Positions 61,010-64,000 of a stretch of DNA of 64,000 nucleotides are shown in pieces. Made by a program: the position numbers and the translations under genes. The stretch spans positions 1,798,001 through 1,862,000 of the forward strand of contig JAUFOQ010000016.1 of NCBI GenBank assembly GCA_040285855.1, written 5' to 3'. The notes under the pieces are model-generated. The model ran no database searches. It saw only the letters and a program-made list of their open reading frames with translations, and had not been told where the DNA came from. How positions within the stretch are numbered: the stretch's first letter is position 1; every line of letters starts with the position of its first letter. This DNA is from Eukaryota sp. GEM-RC1. Lineage: Eukaryota.

Positions 61010-63218
61010 ATGTCCCAGTCCTTTGCTTATTCAAAGGAAGCCTTTTGCAAGGCACTCAGTACTTCCCGTGAAAGAAACTTTCTCATCGATTGTTCTACTT
61101 CTTTCCACTCCAATTCATTCCCTTCTCATTCGTTTGTACTTACCTTCTTTTCAGACCATCTCCAAAAAGAACTGAAGAAGTCCCCTGAGCTACTAGAACA
61201 TCCATCGTTGGAGCCGATCCTTCCAGATCACAAACTTCTCTTCTCTGTCCTTTCCACTTTCTATGGTTCTTCTCTTTCAGTAACACAAGACAATTTCCAT
61301 CTGCTAATGGTTATTGCTTCCCAGCTTCAGTTCAAAGAGCTGTCTTCGTTTGTTACTAATCTCTTTCAAAAAGGTTACCAAAGGGATTCCAATCACTCTT
61401 TTGCCCTTGACCCCAATCAAATTTTAAAAAAGTTTATTGAAAAATCGCCTAGAGACATTGTGTTAGTTTATAGTGATTGCAAAGTTTCCGTCAATTCTCT
61501 ATTATTGGTTTCTTTTTCAAACCATTTTAAAGAAATCTTTACAAATAAGTGGATTGAGAGCAACGATCGAAAATTTCAATACTCCGACGAATTTCCTGGT
61601 GTTACTAAGGAGGAATTTGAAATATTCTTCAGTTTATTCACTTGCACAAGACTTGATTTTGGGGTAAAAAATTCAATTTCGTTCTTTCAATTAAGTTTTT
61701 ACTTCCAAGTTGACGTTGTTCGAAAAGCTGTCCTGGAATATTTGAAAAGGTCTAAGTTTTCCAGTGATGATTTGGTTTTCCTAATTGATTGTGCTAATAC
61801 TCGTAATAATCTTTTGTTTCTTCAAGAAAATATTGATATCTTCAAAAATCTACCATCAACAATCACTCAAAAACCACTTCCTCTTTTTCTTTCTGTTATT
61901 AACCTTCTAATCACTGTGATTGATCAATGGTGGCTAGTTGATTGTCTTGCCTTAACTCACCAATCAAAATCGATTGATGAAGAGTTTTTGACCACCACAC
62001 TGGGTCTTATCAAAGTCGAGGCATCGCAGTATTTAACATTATTTGAAAAAGCCAAAACCCTTCTCCTAGACTCTCTCTACGATCAATTCACTTTACCCTG
62101 GTCATTAAACCTCTTTTCAACCACTACTTCTCCTTCAAAGATCCCTTTGGATTGGTACCTCTGGACATTGACTAAAGTTGACCAATATTATTCTCAATTT
62201 CACCAAAATCTTTCACTTTTATCTTCTTGTTTCATGGACGTTGTCTCTCATCATTCGTCATCTTCTTTATCACCTATTTCTCTCTCTCCTTCTTCATTTC
62301 TCTCTTTAAGTTCAGGAGTTAAAGGAGAGTTCTGTATTTGGTTGGCTCTTTGTTTGATAAGTTCTTGGAAATGTAGTACTGAATGGAGTTTCGAAAGCTT
62401 TTCCGCCTGCTTTGAAGCTCTTGATTTGAGTGAAACTAACCCCGTTGAAATGTTGGAAGCTGTGAAGGAATTGAAGACAAATTCAAAATTAAAAGAGTTT
62501 TATTTTAAATTTAATTCAGAATTTATTGTTCCTGAGATGTTGAAAAAGCTTATTGGTCTTGAAAGTAAGGTTAAAGACATGGAAACTAGAGTGACTGGTA
62601 TGGAAAAAAGGGAAAAAGAAAAGGAAGTTGTGATTAGAAAACTTGAACAAAGGGAAAAAGAAAAAAGAAGTTGTGATTAGAAAACTTGAAGAAGGGAAAA
62701 GAGAGCTTGAAAAAAGCAAAAGGGAACTAGAACTAAGGGAGAGGAGAAGGGCCACTGTTAGATTCAACCCTGACTATTGTCAATCAGGGTTTACATTGTC
62801 AGAGAACAACAAGAGAGTGAAACAAACTGGATCTAATGGTTGCGTTGAGATTGACATCAATAACCAAACATTTGACAAGTTATCGAATATTTTCAGCTTT
62901 AAGTTGTTTTGCGTTAAGCGATGCAATGGATCAGTATTTGGTTTCAAGTCAAAGTCATCGCATGATAGTTTCGTGGGAACATCCACGGGAGATCATTGGT
63001 TTTGGGTAGATGGAGATCCACTTTATGATCCTTGGACTCCAAAAGAACCTCGTATCAACATTACAACTGGGGAATGGTTAACCTTCACTATTGATAATGG
63101 AAAGATATTCGTACGTCCCAGTAACTCTTCACAAACTTATTCTGCATCTATACCTGGTATGGCTTTCTACCTACTTTTACGACGGCCAAATAATGAATGG
63201 AAAATAGAACACATGTGA
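61010..63218 (+). CDS. Tandem BTB/POZ protein with coiled coil and SPRY-like C-terminus, frameshift ~62660
   Basis: FPSHSFVL..FSD.L and DIVL......VNSLLL..FSNHFK.IF...W.ES BTB motifs. 42-bp duplicated EKEKEVVIRKLE. F.LSENNKRV beta-rich tail. Confidence 0.8.
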
Positions 63219-63413
63219 TAAGAGATTTACTATTTTCTGCATTTTAATGATGAATACAAGATTTAAATAGAGCACAGTGAAGTAATTAAATAAGCAATAT
63301 ACAGTCCGAATTTCGAAGTAACCAGTAGCCTTAATATAATCAGAACAAATGAAGAAACATTGAATATACTACAGAATCAACAAAAGAATCATCTCGACCT
63401 GAGAAACAACGGC

Positions 63414-64000
63414 TCACAGATCCACAGTAGGCTTAATATATCGATTAAACAAGCTCTGAGATTGAACGCTCCAATTAGGTTCCTCAATTGAGATGACGTT
63501 TGTCCTCCTTTTAACTTCATTTTGGTAATTATCAGGAGTAATTCGTAGAACAAATACCTTTGAACCCAACAGCACCCTACTCAGAATAGACTCATACCTA
63601 TTTAAATCACTAACCTTAACTTCGGCCAATTCCTCAGCTGAAACACCCAACAAAGACTCCACAGCCTCATCAAAAGCAGTGGCTGGGATCGTGTTAGAGT
63701 GGTCAGCTATTAGCAGCCTAGCCATGAATCTTTTTAACAGGTGTTTGAACTCCACACCTCTGACAAGCTGACTCCTCCCCTTCAGTCACTTCCATCTTCT
63801 TCTTGCATTGAGGGCAAGCTGGGTACCAGAGGTCAGCATCGTCATCTCTACCCACTGACCTGATCTCAGAAAGAAAAGCCAAGACTCTGACAAACTTAGC
63901 TTCAGTAAAGCCCATTTCTTTAGTAAATATATCATCAACATCTACTTCCAACGTGATACTCTTTTTCTTTACAACCTCTCCAATAGAAGTAACTAAAGGC
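63414..64000 (-). CDS. RPA1: Replication protein A 70-kDa subunit, C-terminal OB fold (5' part outside window)
   Basis: WYPACPQCKKK...CQRC zinc ribbon, L.IADH, AFDE..E.LLGVSAEEL and DNYQNEVK.R. A-run frameshift at ~63733. Confidence 0.9.

Overview
This is nuclear DNA from a compact, AT-rich microbial eukaryote that uses the standard genetic code and shows no convincing introns. An anaerobic flagellate such as a free-living metamonad is a plausible source, but that is inference only. The window holds about 25 protein genes, including FAN1, an ERCC6L/PICH-like SNF2 ATPase, an ERGIC-53-type lectin, Sec24, IQCH, GCP2, RUVBL1, HVA22/REEP, THOC1, TMEM62-like, a BTB protein and RPA1, plus one tRNA-Leu(AAG). 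Many genes are split by single-base indels at homopolymers, most likely long-read assembly errors. Intergenic DNA is packed with transposons: a Ty3/gypsy element with identical 76-bp LTRs, a near-intact MULE (9-bp TSD), four non-autonomous hAT elements (8-bp TSDs), and about ten 5'-truncated fragments of RLE-type non-LTR retrotransposons, several of them nested. The most notable observations are (1) a CaMKK-like Ser/Thr kinase fused to a bacterial-type histidine-kinase/GHKL module, (2) a eukaryotic copy of YqeC, the prokaryotic marker of selenium-dependent molybdenum hydroxylases, (3) the minimal LTR element with no obvious tRNA primer site, (4) a tail-less LINE family with precise 3' ends and 12-bp TSDs, and (5) a tRNA gene bracketed by ~80-bp inverted repeats. 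All family assignments are by eye from motifs; no searches were run.
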